DNA from: Felis catus
Taxonomy: Eukaryota
NCBI RefSeq assembly: GCF_018350175.1
Contig: NC_058378.1
Location: forward strand, 64,666,001 to 64,730,000
Direction of reading: 5' to 3'
Length of the DNA: 64,000 bases
The translations under genes were made by a program, and so were the position numbers. Each line of letters begins with the position of its first letter. Position 1 is the stretch's first letter. This document shows, in pieces, positions 60,561 to 64,000 of this stretch. The notes beneath the pieces are model-generated. The model was not told the origin of the DNA. It saw only the letters and a list, made by a program, of their open reading frames with translations, and did no database searches.

Positions 60561-62419
60561 AGACAATCTTAGACCAACTAAAAGTAGTCCTAAAACTGGG
60601 CATTTAAGCATTACTACAAGGATTCTAATCCACTGAGATTCCAATCATACTTTATAGTTATTTCCAGACATATTTTTAAGTACTGCAGATTATGAAAAAA
60701 AGACTTTTTAGAAGCACACCACTTAGGAAATTATAGCTATATCTGACAACCAACACTCTTCAAGGATCCAACAGGAGGGGAGAATAAACATATGTCTCCC
60801 CAATTTAACACTTGCCGATGTAAGTGAGCACATGTGCCTTTTCAATGTTCAACACATTCCTCAAGCCACAGAATGTGGAACTGCCACAAAGGAAACCATC
60901 AGGATAAAAAGAATCATTTCAGCGAGATTTTTTTTCCCCCTTGGCAAGTAGCACAGTGCAATGCAGAGGTTAAAACTCCATGGTCCCAAGCTGACTCTGA
61001 CCAGCACCCAACTTCCATTTGATTTAGATAATGTTAGCCTAAAGCATAATGTTTATCAGCCTATTTTCTAATAACTTCCAGACTTACAGAGACCCTATTC
61101 CCAAGTGGCCATAACCAACAAGAGCTTTAGAGCTGTCATCTCCTACAGAGAGAGGTCATATGGTTTCCAGTTTACCACACTCCACCTCACCCTTTGTTGA
61201 CTTCTCGACACTGAAAACTGGCCTCTGTTGGCCCTTGCCATTAATAAAAGAAAAATAAAACAGCATAAACTCAGAGCTAAAATGAAAGAGAAGTATAGCA
61301 TCACTGTTGCTGTTCAAAATGGGACAACAAACAACAGATTGTGAGGCCAGGGAGCACATTAGATACTGAAGCTATTCCTCACTTCCCCCAACTCATATGC
61401 TCTTTTTAAATTTTTTTTCCTTAAAATAAAGTGTATGTGCTCAAAAAGTCCCTAGCCACTTAACTCATCAATAATTAATGGTTCAAGCGAACAGGTATTT
61501 AAATTGAGACTCCTATGTAGGAACCAAAAATACAGACTTAGCTTTGAGTCCCAGGTGGGCTGCTTCTTAGCAGAGGTGGGAAACCATCTCTTCTGTCTGA
61601 TCCTTTATGTCCATGGCTACGAGATGGGGCTAAAAATGCCCAGTACACAGAGTAGGTGTTCATGATGATTATTAAAGGGAGCCAAAGCAAGGAGCACAGC
61701 ATTTTCTTAGCAAAATTGTTATAATACTATAAAAATGCAATTGTTATGTAAATCTGAGAAATATTAGTGTAAAGAAAAAAAATGTTTACATTTCCTTTCT
61801 TTGGTTTACTAAATAAAGTCTCTAGAGAGCACGTTCTGAATCAAAATGAAGGAGATTCGTAACATCTGTCAAATGTATTAGAAGACAGAAACCGTTTTTG
61901 TTCATGGTGGTTCTGGAGAAGCAGAACTCTGCGAATGCACTTTGGGAAGTACTGATCCACTGTCTACATTACTGGTCTGAGATGATACATGGCAGGTGTT
62001 AGTTCCCTCTTACAACTCCTTCCAGTTTCTGTGGCTTTAGATCAATCTTAGGACTTTCAAATTTATCTGTGAGGACAAGAAACAAAACGATCAGAATGGG
62101 AACACTGAGGAACAGATCCGGTAATATTGTTGCTGCCTACAGACGTGGAAAGAAGGCCTGGCTTTGATGATCCTTTTTGTTTGAAGAGATGATCAAATCT
62201 ACATCTATTCTGAGTCCTTAGAATAATGAACTTTTACATTATCTTTGGCATTTGTAGGGAGCGAGATGTTTGCTACAAGTACTCAGGTTATCCAATATGA
62301 GGGAGTTAAAAAGAATGCTACAACTATAGGACTAGGAAAGAGGTCCGCTGTTCCCGATCAGAATGTTCTGTAAAGGTAGGGGAGCTGCGGGAGAGGTCAT
62401 GGGGAAAGGCAGCATCTAG

Positions 62420-62530
62420 CTGGATAGGAAACTGGGCTCCATTTCTGCCACTGTCCAGTTCTGGCACATTGGGAAAGATACTTAACCTCTCTGAGCCATA
62501 ATTTCACCTCTTAAAAGTCTGGACTGGAAA
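62420..62530 (+). mobile_element. MIR/MIR3 fragment
   Basis: ctgggctccatttctgccact..gggaaagatacttaacctctctgagcc. Confidence 0.65.
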
Positions 62531-63376
62531 AGAAATACAGTTTCTAGTGTCTCTTTTGATTCAAACATAACATAATCATTCTGGGGCAAAAGGAACATTC
62601 TAGTGAGATTATGGGCAAATCAAATTTTAGTCAATCAAAACCTATATACCTTTATATGGCACTGCCTTTTCCAGAAATACCATTCTTTATCTTTAACTGA
62701 TCTTTTCTTGGCACTAGATCCTGGCATTTGAGTCTTAAATTTTGTTCTTATTTAGTAGAACGTATAAGGATCGCCTGTTATTTAAAACAAGTCAGTGCTG
62801 TTTGTGTCTATTGATTAATTAAAATGTTGGCAGTTCAGATTTTTCTGAAATCAAGGTAAACCTATGGTACCAAAAACAGCCAAAAGAAGTTTGTGCTAAA
62901 TGGGAGCTTTAAATTGTGGAAAGTTCAGCAAGCTTCTATATCTAGGATCACAGATTTTTCAGAAGATGTATATCTTCTTGACATACGGCATTTCTCACCA
63001 GTCCCCTTATCAAATTTGTTTTCTCCCTGAAGGTAAATTCTAGTGCTGCCTTCTCCCCTTAAGTCCCATCCCACCCAGGCTCAGTTGTCAATGATACCTA
63101 TAAGATTATATTTATTTCTTTGAGCTAAAATGTAAAGGTCACTCTGTTTATTAAAGCTCAGCCTTGAGGCTAAATATTTTTCTTCACTTTTCCTGGTGTA
63201 AAGGAGGGAGCGGGAGACAGAGGCAAAGAAGCATGGGGAATAGAAACTTTTTACTGATTAATTGATGTGAAACTGAGTTCCCTGGATCCCAACCAAATTT
63301 AATTTGGCTCATCCACAGTTGAACCGAAATTTTTACTTTGAACCGAGAATAAATCTTACATATAAGAGATAGCACC

Positions 63377-63380
63377 TTTC

Positions 63381-63425
<45 letters not shown>
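63377..63425 (+). repeat. (CTTTT)n/poly-T tract
   Basis: Read directly. Confidence 0.92.
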
Positions 63426-64000
63426 GATCCGATAACCACTTTGCTCACTGATCTATCACCTTCACTCTAAGAGATTCAGTAAGATTACCTACTGGAAAAA
63501 AAACAGTGCCATTTTGTTCTGGCTCTTTTTGTCCTCATCTAGTGCATCAAATACCTCTGAGCATTTTGGAATTCAAAGGCAATAGGATCCAACCCAAATT
63601 TCCATTTTTCAAATATAGCATTTCGCTAAAGGATGTTTTACTCTAAGACTGAAAAGTAAACTGCGTGGTGCTGCTAATTCTTGGGAATCTTGACCTGAAA
63701 AATACCCCATCTTTTCAGTTTACAGCACTATGCTTAGGTGATTTTCATGAGAACTGCACAGATTTTCTTCTAAGCTCTGAATACAACCCTTTTCCAATTT
63801 AGTCTCTTGCTGAGGAGGTTTTTGGCTGTACCACAATATGTGAAAAACAGAGAACAGGAACAAACAACCAGGTGCATCCATGAATTTTTAAACCAGGTCT
63901 GTTGAAAAACATGCAAAACAAACCCCCCTCCAACCACCCGTGGGGTAAAACATCAATCTGAATATTATCCAGTATCATCTCTCCTATGTGTCTACACGGG

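Larger units (their letters stand above)
1..64000 (-). other. SORCS1: SORCS1 transcription unit: intron 3 (45005 to window end), intron 4 (28548-44845, 16298 nt), intron 5 (28473 to window start)
   Basis: Two in-frame internal exons with canonical splice sites. I could not find the neighbouring exons (STDYGTTY.. upstream, SVMGSNKEPD.. downstream), so the gene should extend beyond both edges. Confidence 0.88.

Noticed and set aside
1-64000. tRNA, rRNA, snRNA, snoRNA or miRNA genes, processed pseudogenes, numts, ERV coding regions, CRISPR-like arrays
   Set aside because: None recognised. tRNA-like A and B boxes occur only as SINE heads, and the hairpins seen are too short for pre-miRNAs. Covariance-model (Infernal/Rfam) and BLAST searches would be needed to exclude them formally.

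Overview
Mammalian nuclear DNA from a cat-family (Felidae) genome, judged from the felid tRNA-derived Can-SINE (SINEC_Fc-type) and L1 sequences. The whole window lies inside one large gene on the minus strand, SORCS1 (VPS10-domain receptor). Only two coding exons are present: 44846-45004 (159 nt) and 28474-28547 (74 nt). They splice in frame and, from memory, correspond to exons 4 and 5 of human SORCS1. The rest is intron: about 22 Can-SINE copies or fragments, young and old L1 pieces, L2/MIR relics, MaLR LTRs (MLT1), a probable MER104 MITE, microsatellites and four short N gaps. Apart from the ORF at 44753-45040, which contains exon 4, none of the ORFs in the supplied track looks like a real gene. 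I found no convincing undescribed biological system. The best-supported oddities are retrotransposition events read directly from the sequence: one target site hit twice, a twin-primed L1, a SINE nested in a SINE, a templated insertion and two very young SINEs. The splicing, RNA-editing and enhancer candidates are hypotheses only. Repeat family names come from recalled consensus sequences, not a database search, and boundaries of old repeats are approximate.
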